Shown here piece by piece: positions 53,727 through 64,000 of a stretch of 64,000 nucleotides of DNA (within the stretch, counting starts at the first letter, position 1; each line of letters begins with the position of its first letter). Source of the stretch: Nemertoderma westbladi (Eukaryota; Animalia; Xenacoelomorpha); NCBI GenBank assembly GCA_032718475.1, contig JAUCBJ010007554.1:62001-126000 (forward strand), given 5' to 3'. The notes beneath the pieces were generated by a model that saw nothing but the letters and a program-made list of their open reading frames with translations, did no database searches and was not told where the DNA came from. Both the position numbers and the translations under genes were made by a program.

Positions 53727-53839
53727 CTCAAATTGGAGGAACTATGGGACTGTATGTTGGGGCCAGTATTCTCACGTTATTCGAGATCCTGGAATTCTTC
53801 ATAAGGATAATAACATTTACACTTCCTACAAACTCTTAA
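53727..53839 (+). CDS. Terminal exon of a DEG/ENaC/ASIC-family sodium channel (TM2 with GAS selectivity filter)
   Basis: After acceptor ttctctgcag| (phase 1) it reads QIGGTMGLYVGASILTLFEILEFFIRIITFTLPTNS*, matching the family pattern GG.MGL..GAS.LT..E..E. Confidence 0.85.
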
Positions 53840-54148
53840 TTATAATATATAAAAGATTGTGAGACTATTGGTAAATATATATTTCATTGCTTTAAAAATA
53901 TAATAATATATTGATTAAGTAGCGCCATGTAAAGACACTAAATTAAATTTTATTAATTAAATACATAATTTAATACATCAGTGGTGTCAGCTGGGTTTCC
54001 AAGGGGATTGTTGCTGGAAAAAATTGCAATATTAATTCAACAGGATGATAATATTAATTAAATACGCAGATAAAATATGTTTTCTTACTTATCTATCATA
54101 CACCAGGAAATTAATAAATTATATAATATTATATACCTAATCAGTGGC

Positions 54149-57100
54149 GTCTGACTATCTCTCTGTCTATGTCTGTGTCTAGGTATGAGTCTCTCGTTCT
54201 GTCTCTCGTCTGTGTCTCTGTTGGTGTATATGTCTGTGTCTGTGTCCGTGTCTATGTCTGTGTATCTCTGTCTGTGTTTCTCTGCCTGCGTTTCTCTGCC
54301 TGCGTTTCTCTGTCTGTATCTCTCTGTCTGTGTCTATCTGTCTGTGTCTCTCTGTCCAAGTTCGTGTCCGTGTCTCTGTCTGTGTCTCTCTGTCTGTGTC
54401 TCTCTGTCTGTATCTCTCTGTCTGTGTCTCTCTGTCTGTGTCTCTCTGTCTGTGTCTATCTGTCTGTGTCTCTCTGTCCATGTTCGTGTCCGTGTCTATG
54501 TCTGTGTCTCTCTGTCTGTATCTCTCTGTCTGAGTCTCTTTGTCTGCGTTTCTCTGTCTGCGTTTCTCTGGTGAGGACCTTCGAATACGTAAGGGAAAGG
54601 CATGGGCAGCCTTTAATAGGTTTTCCTGGATTTGGAAGTCACCGATAATAATCGGAAACTTAAGGTCCGATTATTTAGAGCAGCAGTAGTTCCAGTACTA
54701 ATCTATGGGAGTCCATGCTGGGCTCTAACTGCTGAGGACACCAAATCTCTGGATGACACGTTCTCAAGAATGCTACGCCGGGTTCATTGTGTCAAGTACA
54801 ATGCACACATCTCCAACCAGACACTATATAACATTGGAGGTGTCTCATTGGTTCCCCCAAGCTTGACACTAGAACAAAATCGCCTCCGCTTTGCAGGACA
54901 TTGCTTTCGCCGTGAGGACCAGCCAGTGCATAATCTTGTACTTTGGCAGCCTCATGGAGTGAATAAGCATGGTGGACAGCCCATGACTTTCTTGAGACGC
55001 ATCTTAAAGGACACTGGCCTTGAAGATGCGGATGATCTAGCAAATGTCATGGGTGATAGGGAGTTGTGGCGGTGCAATTTTGTCGATAAGCCGGCACAGC
55101 ATTCTTAAAAATGCAGCTGTAATGCAGCATGCCGATCCTAGTAGTAGTAGTAGTCTCTCTGTCTGCGTTTCTCTGACTGTGTCTCTCTGTCTGCGTTTCT
55201 CTGTCCGTGTCTCTTCGTCGGTGTCTCTCTGTCTGCGTTTCTCTGACTGTGTCTCTCTGTCTGTGTCTCTCTGCCTGTGTCTATTTGCCTGCGTTTCTCT
55301 GTCTGTGTCTCTTTGTCTGTCTGTCTGCGTTTCTCTGTATGTGTCTCTCTGACAGTGTCTCTCTGTCTGTGTCTCTCTGTCCGTGTCTCTCTGCCTGCGT
55401 TTCTCTGTCTGTGTCTCTCTGTCTGTGTCTCTCTGTCTGCGTTTCCCTGTCTGTGTCTCTCTGTCTATGTCTCTTTGTCTGCGTTTCTCTGTCTGCGTTT
55501 CTCTGACTGTGTATCTCTGCCTGCGTTTCTCTGTCTGTGTCTCTTCGTCTGTGTCTCTCTGTCGGCGTTTCTCTGTCTGCATTTCTCTGACTGTGTCTCT
55601 CTGTCTGTGTCTCTCTGCCTGTGTCTCTTTGCCTGCGTTTCTCTGTCTGCGTCTCTTTGTCTGTCTGTCTGCGTTTCTCTGTATGTGTCTCTCTGTCTGT
55701 GTCTCTCTGTCTGTGTTTCTCTGCCTGTGTCTCTTTGTCTGCGTTTCTCTGTCTGTGTCTCTTTGTCTGTGTCTCTTTGTCTGTGTCTCTCTGTCTGCGT
55801 TTCTCTATCTGTGTCTCTCTGCCTGTGTCTCTTTGTCTGCGTTTCTCTGTCTGTGTCTCTTTGTCTGTGTCTCTCTGTCTGCGTTTCTCTGTCTGTGTCT
55901 CTTTGTTTGTGTCTCTCTGTCTGTTTCTCTCTGCCAGTGTCTCTTTGTCTGCGTTTCTCTGTCTGTGTCTCTCTGTCTGCGTTTCTCTGTCTGTGTCTCT
56001 CTGTCTGCGTTTCTCTGTCTGTGTCTCTTTGTCTGTGTCTCTCTGTCTGTTTCTCTCTGTCTGTGTCTCTTTGTCTGTGTCCTTTGTCTGCGTTTCTCTG
56101 TCTGCGTTTCTCTGTCTGTGTCTCTCTGTCTGCGTTTCCCTGTCTGCGTTTCTCTGTCTGTGTCTCTCTATCTGTGTCTCTTTGTCTGTGTCTCACTGTC
56201 TGCGTTTCTCTGTCTGTGTCTCTCTGTCTGTGTATCTTTGTCTGTGTCTCTCTGTCTGCGTTTCTCTGTCTGTGTCACTCTGTCTCTGTCTGTGTCACTC
56301 TGTCTGCGTTTCCCTGTCTGTGTCTCTCTGTCTGTGTCTCTCTGTCTGTGTCTCTTTGTCTGTGTCTCTCTGTCTGCGTTTCTCTGTTTGGATCTCTTTG
56401 TATGTGTCTCTCTGTCTGCGTTTCTCTGTTTGTGTCTCTCTGTCTGTGTCTCTTTGTCTGTGTCTCTCTGTCTGCGTTTCTCTGTCTGTGTCTCTCTGTC
56501 TGTGTCTCTAAATGTGACTCTGCTGTGTCTCTGTCTCTCTGACCGTGTCTCTGTCTGTGTCTCTCTATCTGCGTTTCTCTGTCTGTGTCTCTCTGTCTGT
56601 GTCTCTCTGACCGTGTCTCTGTCTGTGTCTCTCTGTCTACGTTTCTCTGTCTGTGTCTCTCTGTCTGTGTCTCTCTGACCGTGTCTCTGTCTGTGTCTCT
56701 CTGTCTACGTTTCTCTGTCTGTGTCTCTCTGTCTGTGTCTCTCTGACCGTGTCTCTGTCTGTGTCTCTCTGTCTGTGTCTCCCTGTCTGCGTTTCTCTGT
56801 CTGTGTCTCTCTGTCTGTGTCTCTCTGTCTCTGTCTCTCTGACCGTGTCTCTGCCTGTGTCTCTCTGTCTGCGTTTCTCTGTCTGTGTCTCTCGGTCTGT
56901 GTCTCTCTGACCGTGTCTCTGTCTGTGTCTCCCTGTCTGCGTTTCTCTGTCTGTGTCTCTCTGTATGTGTCTCTCTGACCGTGTCTCTGTCTGTGTCTCT
57001 CTGTCTGTGTCTCTTTGTATGTGTCTCTCTGTTTACGTTTATCTGTCTGTGCCTCTCTGCCTGTGTCTCTATGTATGTGTCTCTCTGTCCATGTTCGTGT

Positions 57101-58683
57101 CCGTGTCTATGTCTGTGTCTCTCTGTCTGTATGTCTCTGTCTGAGTCTCTCTGCCTGTGTCTCTTTGTCTGTGTCTCTCTGTCTGCGTTTCTCTGTCTGT
57201 GTCTCTCTGCCTGTGTCTCTCTGCCTGTGTCTCTTTGTCTGCGTCTCTCTATCTGTGTTTCTCTGTCTGTGTCTCTATGTTTGTGTCTCTCTGTCTGTTT
57301 CTCTCTGCCAGTGTCTCTTTGTCTGCGTTTCTCTGTCTGTGTCTCTCTGTCTGCGTTTCTCTGTGTGTGTCTCTCTGTCTGCGTTTCTCTGTCTGTGTCT
57401 CTATGTTTGTGTCTCTCTGTCTGTGTCTCTTTGTCTGCGTTTCTCTGTCTGTGTCTCTCTGTCAGCGTTTCTCTGTCTGTGTCTCTTTGTCTGTGTCTCT
57501 CTGTCTGTTTCTCTCTGCCTGTGTCTCTTTGTCTGCGTTTCTCTGTCTGTGTCTGTCTGTTTCTCTCTGCCTGTGTCTCTTTGTCTGCATTTCTCTGTCT
57601 GTGTCTCTCTGTCTGTGTCTCTTTGTCTCTGTCTCTCTGTCTGCGTTTCTCTGTCTGTGTCTCTTTGTCTGTGTCTCTCTGTCTGCGTTTCTCTGTCTGT
57701 GTCTCTCTGTCTGCGTTTCTCTGTCTGTGTCTCATTGTCTGTGTCTCTCTGTCTGTTTCTCTCTGCCTGTGTCTCTTTGTCTGCGTTTCTCTGTCTGTGT
57801 CTCTTTGTCTGTGTTTCTCTGTCTGTTTCTCTCTGCCTGTGCCTCTGTCTCTCTGACCGTGTCTCTGTCTGTGTCTCTCTGTCTGTGTCTCTAAATGTGA
57901 CTCTGCTGTGTCTCTGTCTCTCTGACCGTGTCTCTGTCTGTGTCTCTCTGACCGTGACTCTGCTGTGTCTCTGTCTCTCTGACCGTGTCTCTGTCTGTGT
58001 CTCTCTGACCGTGACTCTAATGTGTCTCTGTCTCTCTGACCGTGTCTCTGTCTGTGTCTCTCTGTCTGTGTCTCTCTGACCATGTCTCTGTCTGTGTCTC
58101 TCTGTCTGCGTTTCTCTGTGTGTGTTTCTCTGTCTGTGTCTCTCTGACCGTGTCTCTGTCTGTGTCTCTCTGTCTGCGTTTCTCTGTCTGTGTCTCTCTG
58201 TCTGTGTCTCTAAATGTGACTCTGCTGTGTCTCTGTCTCTTAGACCGTGTCTCTGTCTGTGTCTCTAAATGTGACTCTGCTGTGGCTCTGTCTCTCTGAC
58301 CGTGATTCTGCTGTGTCTCTGTCTCTCTGACCGTGTCTCTGTCTGTGTCTCTCTGTCTGTGTCTCTAAATGTGACTCTGCTGTGTCTCTGTCTCTCTGAC
58401 CGTGTCTCTGTCTGTGTCTCTCTGTCTGTGTCTCTAAATGTGACTCTGCTGTGTCTCTCTGACTGTTTCTCTGCCTGTGTCTCTAAATGTGACTCTGCTG
58501 TGTCTCTGTCTCTCTGACCGTGACTCTGCTGTGTCTCTGTCTCTCTGACCGTGACTCTGTCTCTCTGACCGTGTCTCTGTCTGTGTCTCTCTGTCTGTGT
58601 CTCTAAATGTGACTCTGCTGTGTCTCTCTGACTGTTTCTCTGCCTGTGTCTCTAAATGTGACTCTGCTGTGTCTCTGTCTCTC
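54149..58683. repeat. Low-complexity TC/TG-rich tract (TCTCTG/TGTCTG/GCGTTT-based)
   Basis: Purine-poor plus strand; produces spurious SLSVSLCLC and [12 protein letters not shown] ORFs. Confidence 0.97.
54571..55155 (+). mobile_element. 3' fragment of an RTE-clade LINE inserted in the TC tract
   Basis: KVRLFRAAVVPVLIYGSPCWALT, RLRFAGHCFR, DRELWR; (AGT)n tail; ~20-bp TSD TCTCTGTCTGCGTTTCTCTG (edges ambiguous in a repetitive target). Confidence 0.88.
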
Positions 58684-59962
58684 TGTAAAAGCTTCTGTGG
58701 GATATAACTGGCCCCTTTGCTTCGCAATCCAGTTTCCCCCCAGGCGCTGGAATACTCTAAAAAGGTTCTCTAACTGTATATATATTCCCCTCGCCCGCAA
58801 GGTACCGTTATAGGTGTTTTAACGGACATAAAAGTCATTCTGCTATATACGTGTTTTGGCGGACATGGTAAGGCAAAAAACCTGCAATGCACCAAATACC
58901 TTTCACAGCTTAGCCGTGATGATTCATATTACGACATCTAACAGCTGGTTGCTGACATGGAAACAGCCATTGGACGCATGGTTCTTTGTTTGGCTTAAGC
59001 CAATCAGAGCGATTTTTTCTGTCGACGTGTAGCTTTTCGGCCGATCATACTGAGAGTGTTCAGTCTTACTGTTTTTACTTGATACTTTGTGTTATTGCTA
59101 TCTAGGCCAGGAACAACGGCTCTAGAGTCAATTCGTTTCAGACTTTAGAAGAAACATTAGTAGGCTTAAGATTATAGAGCGTATAACTGTTATCGGTCCA
59201 TATCAGTACATTGTCATATCATATCTTAACCTACCGTCTTAATAGTTTGCTGTTGTTTGGTTGAATATTATTTGGAGAACATTTATAAAGAACCCAAATT
59301 TCCCAATTATCTTGATACACTACAGGTTAGAGAGACGGGTTATATATAGCGATTGCGACTTATATTATTGTGGTTTGTAGTGAATTTAATGCTATTTGAT
59401 AAGCACTACATGAATCCGTTGCTGTTATCTTTATATATGATAAAATTCATTGACGGTCGGCAAATTAGTGAGCAGTATTGTGTGTTACCGGTAGTGTGCA
59501 TGATTGTGACTGATAACTAAGCATTTCCTAAAGAATGCGCCTCATACGTGAATCATAAGCCTTACCGACTTGCCGTTGTGATTAGTATAAGTCATATCTC
59601 TGTTTACCTAGATAGAGCGCCACGTCCTAAAGGAACTGTTAATATTTCCCGAAAGTAAATAATATTAGTCAGAAATTAATTATTAACGATCAATCGAATA
59701 ATACAGTACAGTAAGCTTACACTGCAATAATAATCTAAGCCCTCAGAATCCAGCCCCCCGGGTATATCCAGCGGGTGAATGGACGCGCACTAGGCTGGCT
59801 TCTGCTAATGTTGTGTTTATTGGTATTAAATATTTGTCATCTTCTAAAGTCTATTTATAAACCAAAAGACATATAAATTTTGGCAGGTTAAACTGCTAAA
59901 GGTCTTCAAAAGCGCGTACAATAACAGTTATTGACTTTATTGCAGTAAGCAATAAAGTTGAA

Positions 59963-60112
59963 AGTACCGGTCGACCGGTAAACCTGAACCGGTACTTCTG
60001 TAGGTCAGTAGGCCCAACTGCCAGAACCGGTACTGCTGTAGGTCCGTAGGTCCAACTGCCAGAACCGGTACTTCTGTAGGTCCGTAGGCCCAACTGTCCT
60101 AACCGGTACTTC
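59963..60112. repeat. ~38-bp tandem repeat (3-4 copies)
   Basis: AACCGGTACTTCTGTAGGTCCGTAGGCCCAACTGCCAG repeated. Confidence 0.85.
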
Positions 60113-60344
60113 CAGTATAAGTACATTAGTATTATTCGATTTTGATTATTGTATACCGGTAGGTCTTAGTATTTAATCAGGGACTGCAGCCCTGGTTTTT
60201 TATTGAGATTTTACTTATTTCTGTCGGTTTTATTTACATGTAAGTTAATATTGAGCTGAAGACGTGTAAGTCTGCTCAGATTGTTCAGATAATTGTAGGC
60301 CGGACTGTTGTTAGATTGTTGTTGAGTTTGGAGAGATTACGGCG

Positions 60345-60865
60345 TGTGTAGAGTTTGTCCGATAGAGTGCCAGTTAGTAAGTTGGGGCAGCCATAGCTGT
60401 AAGGTCAATCCCCTCTTAAAGAATAAGTCGTACTACCGTGTTAGAACGCATACTAACTAACAATTTTGGAATCTGCACATACTGTAGTTTATTTAGGCTT
60501 GACAGTATTCTGCCAGCGCTTTGGCCTGTGTTTGTTTGTGTGGTCTGTTCAGGTACCGTAATAGTTATTACTCAGATATTTTGTAGGCTGGATTGTTGTC
60601 TAGCTATTATTAGGTCTGAAGAGATTGCTGCTTGTGTAGAGTTTGTCTGATAAAGTGCCAGTTAGTAAGTTGGGGCAGCCATAGCTGTAAGGTCAATCCC
60701 CTCTTAAAGAATAAGTCGTACTACCGTGTTAGAACGCATACTAACTAACCGTTTTGGAATCTGCACATACAGTAGTTTATTTAGGCTTGGTGGTAGTCTG
60801 CCAGCGTTTGGTTTGTATTTTGTTTGAGTATTCTGTACGGGTAGCGTAATATTTATTATTCAGAG
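60345..60865. repeat. ~288-bp tandem duplication
   Basis: GTGTAGAGTTTGTC...GGGGCAGCCATAGCTGTAAGGTCAATCCCCTCTTAAAG...CATACTAACTAAC at 60346 and again at 60634. Confidence 0.9.
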
Positions 60866-62185
60866 TTTATGCGATTATTCGCAACATTCATGTCCCCAAG
60901 TTTATTCCTACAGTAATTGTGCTTGTTACACATACCGTTATAGTTAAATTAACCCCGGTACTACACGGGCTGCTTGGCGTAGGACAAGACTGGTGACTTT
61001 GTGCTTCGGTCACTCCAGCAGATGCCGTGGTTCTTTTAACTGTTCAAGTATATTTAACTACTGATTATTTGTTGTACCAGTACTTGTACCTAATTTAGGG
61101 TTTAGTGTACAGTGCTTTCCGAAGTAATTAGTGTGTAGGCAGTATATTTGTGTTGTAAAGTGGTTAATAGGCACGCTGGATCTGGTAGTCCGCGGTAATT
61201 AACTTCTAGGTAGGAACACTCCGTGATACATAACGTAGTACCTATAGCGATACGGTTATAGGTCGTCAGGCGGTGGTATTTTCCTATCTGGACAACGCAG
61301 TGTATTTACTACTACTTATTATTTTCAAATACCGTAGTACCCTGTCCGTTGTAATAACCAGAAATCTAACCCTTTGTTAGACTGGTTTGTAGACTTCCTG
61401 TAAAATTACCCTAAAAATTCGTACGTAATATTTTGTTGTGTTTAATTAGAGATTTAATCTCACCCGTATCGTAAGTAATTTGTAGTATTAAGTAACTTAG
61501 GTAAATTAGAATTATCTGTTTTAGTGTCCCATAAATAGCACTTCACTGAGAGCGCACAGCTTCTGTGTAGTGACCCCCCAGAAATAATAACATTTATTTC
61601 AAATATTGACAAAACCCTTTTAAACGGGTATATATATATTATAAATCAACTCAAACGATTTATAAATAGTAGGCCTGCCATACAACAACTAGGTCTCAAA
61701 ATCAGTTGGACTACTGCTTAAATAACGGTAACAAAGTAAGTTAAAGTAACCAAGTAACCCTAAAATATTCAGAAATTCAATTATTCTAAAAATAATTGAC
61801 ATACCGGTATTTACCATAGGCTTATTATATTTATTTCTATAAATTTGAGCTGAAATCATACCGGTATTCTGTAATTAATTCTAGTTCATAATTATACTTA
61901 TATATACTATAAGTGTAAGCTGCATACCGGTATTCACGATAGGCCTATTATATATTTATATATATTTGTGCTAAAATTATATACCGGTACTCTGTGACAA
62001 ATCTAGTCTGTAATAATACTTATATATATACTATAAGCATACCGGTATTCTAATATATTATATATATATCACGCTACACTGAGTAGCAGTATCGGTAATT
62101 AATTGTTAGGCTAACAGTGATACTGAATTACTAGACTTACTTTAACTGTATTTATAGCCGTAGGCATTCAACTGTGTAAACAAAC

Positions 62186-64000
62186 ATGTCAGACGCAACC
62201 CAATCACTGTCAGATAGTCTCTTAGAAAGTGTTAGAATGAGTATTAGACTTAGACAGCGTATTAAAAGGATCTGTGACCAAGATCAAAGTATAGAACATC
62301 CCAGATCCAAGTCTAAGTCACCTACTATTGTAAAAAAGGCCATCCCTACAGTAGTAGTGTCAGACCCTAGGCTAGTAGAACAACGTAGGTCTATCATCGG
62401 CACTCGGGCCCAAGTCAAGCGGGATCAAGAAGCAGCTGTCAAACCGCAGCAACATCCTAGCCAAGAACCTAGTTCTCAGCGGCCCGATAGCTCCAGTAGT
62501 TCGGATACTGCTGAGCGGACACCCGAAAGCGGAGCGAAGATGGCGGATACGGTTTATGATGAGCGGCCAACCTATGAAGAATCAGTCGACGCCACTTCTT
62601 CTCAAGTGGAAAGCGAAGTGGAAAGCGAATTAACAGCAGCAGAGAAGCCGCGAACTAGAGACGCCATTGACATCTATCTGTCAGACTATCAGCGATTCAT
62701 AGGAGACGAAGAGTTGAGGAGACGACTGTCTGGACTTCGCCCTAATAGTGAAGGAACCAAGCTTGTGTTGGACGCAATCGATGCGGAAATGTTAGCTGCG
62801 AACCAAGCTAAATTTGATGAACGACTCCGCCTCGTTAGAGTCCAAGAAGAACAAATAAAGAAAAAACAGATAGAGGAACGAGGGGCAGCAGCAATAGCAG
62901 CGGCAATGGCAGAAGTAGAAGCAGAAAGAAAGGCAGCGGAAGTAGAAGCAAAAAGAAAGGCAGCGGTAGCAGAAGCAGAAAGAAAGGCGGCAGCGGCAAT
63001 GGCAAAGGCAGTGGCAGAAGCAGAACGGAGAGCGTCTGAGGAGACTACCCAACTGGAGTTGGAAAATCTGCAAGAGACGCAAGACTACATAAATAAACAG
63101 CTAACTGCTAGTCGAATGCAGATGATGAGACGATCTACTCCAAAACGCCAGGGATACACATCATCGGAGGAAAGCGAAACCACCGATCCTGAAGGCGGAG
63201 GAAATAGATCTCGTCTAAGCAGGCGTAGAAAAACATCTCACCGTCATAAACTGCCTGATTTGCCCCCAGCTGTCAGAAGACAACTAGCTAGCACAGACTT
63301 AGGTAGTACAGAACCCACAGACCAAATTATTAAGGTCAAAAGACTCCCTACCATAGTTGATGAGCCTGAAATAATTAGGCCTGTCGTTCCCAAAGTCACT
63401 CCTGTGCTAGAGACCCCTGTACTTCCAGAGCTTAACTCTAAGTTCCCTTTACACAGTACTACCCTGCCTGTACCCGGTAGAACAGTCCATGAGAATATCC
63501 CTGTCCTGGAAGCTGAGAGAGAAATCAAAGATTTGTCTCCCGTCGTCCCAGCGTCAGCCCGCTACAATGTTGGCGACTCCCGCTTCGGCGGTTGAGTGGG
63601 TAGAGGAGGGACGGCGGGGGATGAATCTCCTGCTCGGACAGATGCAGGAGACTGTCCACCAACTTAAGGGAACAGTAAGGGAAGGTAGGGCCGAATTGCA
63701 AGAAGTGCAGCAAAGTATCGCGCTAGAACGCGACAAGTTAGTCAACATACCAAAGGGCATACCCATACCCCCTGTAACATTGTGTCAGCCTGTTAGGTCT
63801 GAAGTATTACATGCGCAAGGTGTGGAGCCTACACGCATCTATACTGCTAGTGAAGTAGAAACTCCTATAGCAAACCCTATTAAGGGTGATTATAGACCTG
63901 TTATTAATGATATTCCCTATAGACCTGATAATGATCCGAGAAATTTATATACCGATAATTCGATATTAAATAACACGATGGCCCAAGAAAGCTTTACGCG
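62186..64000 (+). CDS. Low-complexity, coiled-coil, gag-like protein; 469-aa ORF continued in the +1 frame to the window edge
   Basis: EAERKAA heptad-like repeats and acidic/Pro-rich segments; the +1 frame is open from ~63411 to 64000; no recognisable domain. Confidence 0.5.

Larger units (their letters stand above)
58684..64000 (+). mobile_element. Probable 5' part of an LTR-type retroelement (TG start, long non-coding leader, gag-like ORF)
   Basis: TC tract ends abruptly at TGTAAAAGC; 3.5-kb leader with internal duplications, then a long intronless ORF; no pol or second LTR inside the window. Confidence 0.4.

Noticed and set aside
54169-58800. Many Cys/Ser/Leu/Val and RHRQRDT ORFs
   Set aside because: Translations of an A-poor low-complexity tract that rarely forms stop codons.
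60345-60865. Possible ribozyme in the duplicated leader unit
   Set aside because: No hammerhead CTGANGA/GAAA core or HDV-like fold was recognisable by eye.
1-64000. Taxonomic assignment (repeat style suggested a ctenophore-like marine invertebrate)
   Set aside because: An impression only; it needs a protein search with HSP90B1 or INTS4.

Overview
Repeat-rich animal (invertebrate) genomic DNA with GT-AG introns; not prokaryotic, and no CRISPR array, rRNA or tRNA is supported. Genes: the 5' part of HSP90B1/GRP94 (six coding exons located by hand, minus strand, continuing off the left edge), an intronless 919-aa INTS4 (minus), and an isolated terminal exon of a DEG/ENaC/ASIC channel (plus, 53727-53839) that the ORF track misses. 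Nearly half the window is tandem or low-complexity repeat (61, 38, 55, ~42, 21, ~37 and 24 bp units plus a TC-rich tract). The rest is nested transposons: a CR1-like LINE interrupted by an L2-like LINE and an Academ-like TIR element, foldback elements, a decayed P element inside a near-complete P element, an RTE fragment and a probable LTR-element gag region. Most notable: (i) an intronic array built from ~25 copies of the adjacent HSP90B1 exon end plus its 5' splice site; (ii) a 36-bp perfect palindrome with an 8-bp duplication that looks like a P-element excision footprint upstream of INTS4; (iii) a small element present both unexpanded and expanded into a minisatellite; (iv) a different array in five of six HSP90B1 introns. 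All coordinates and alignments were read by eye; no searches were run.
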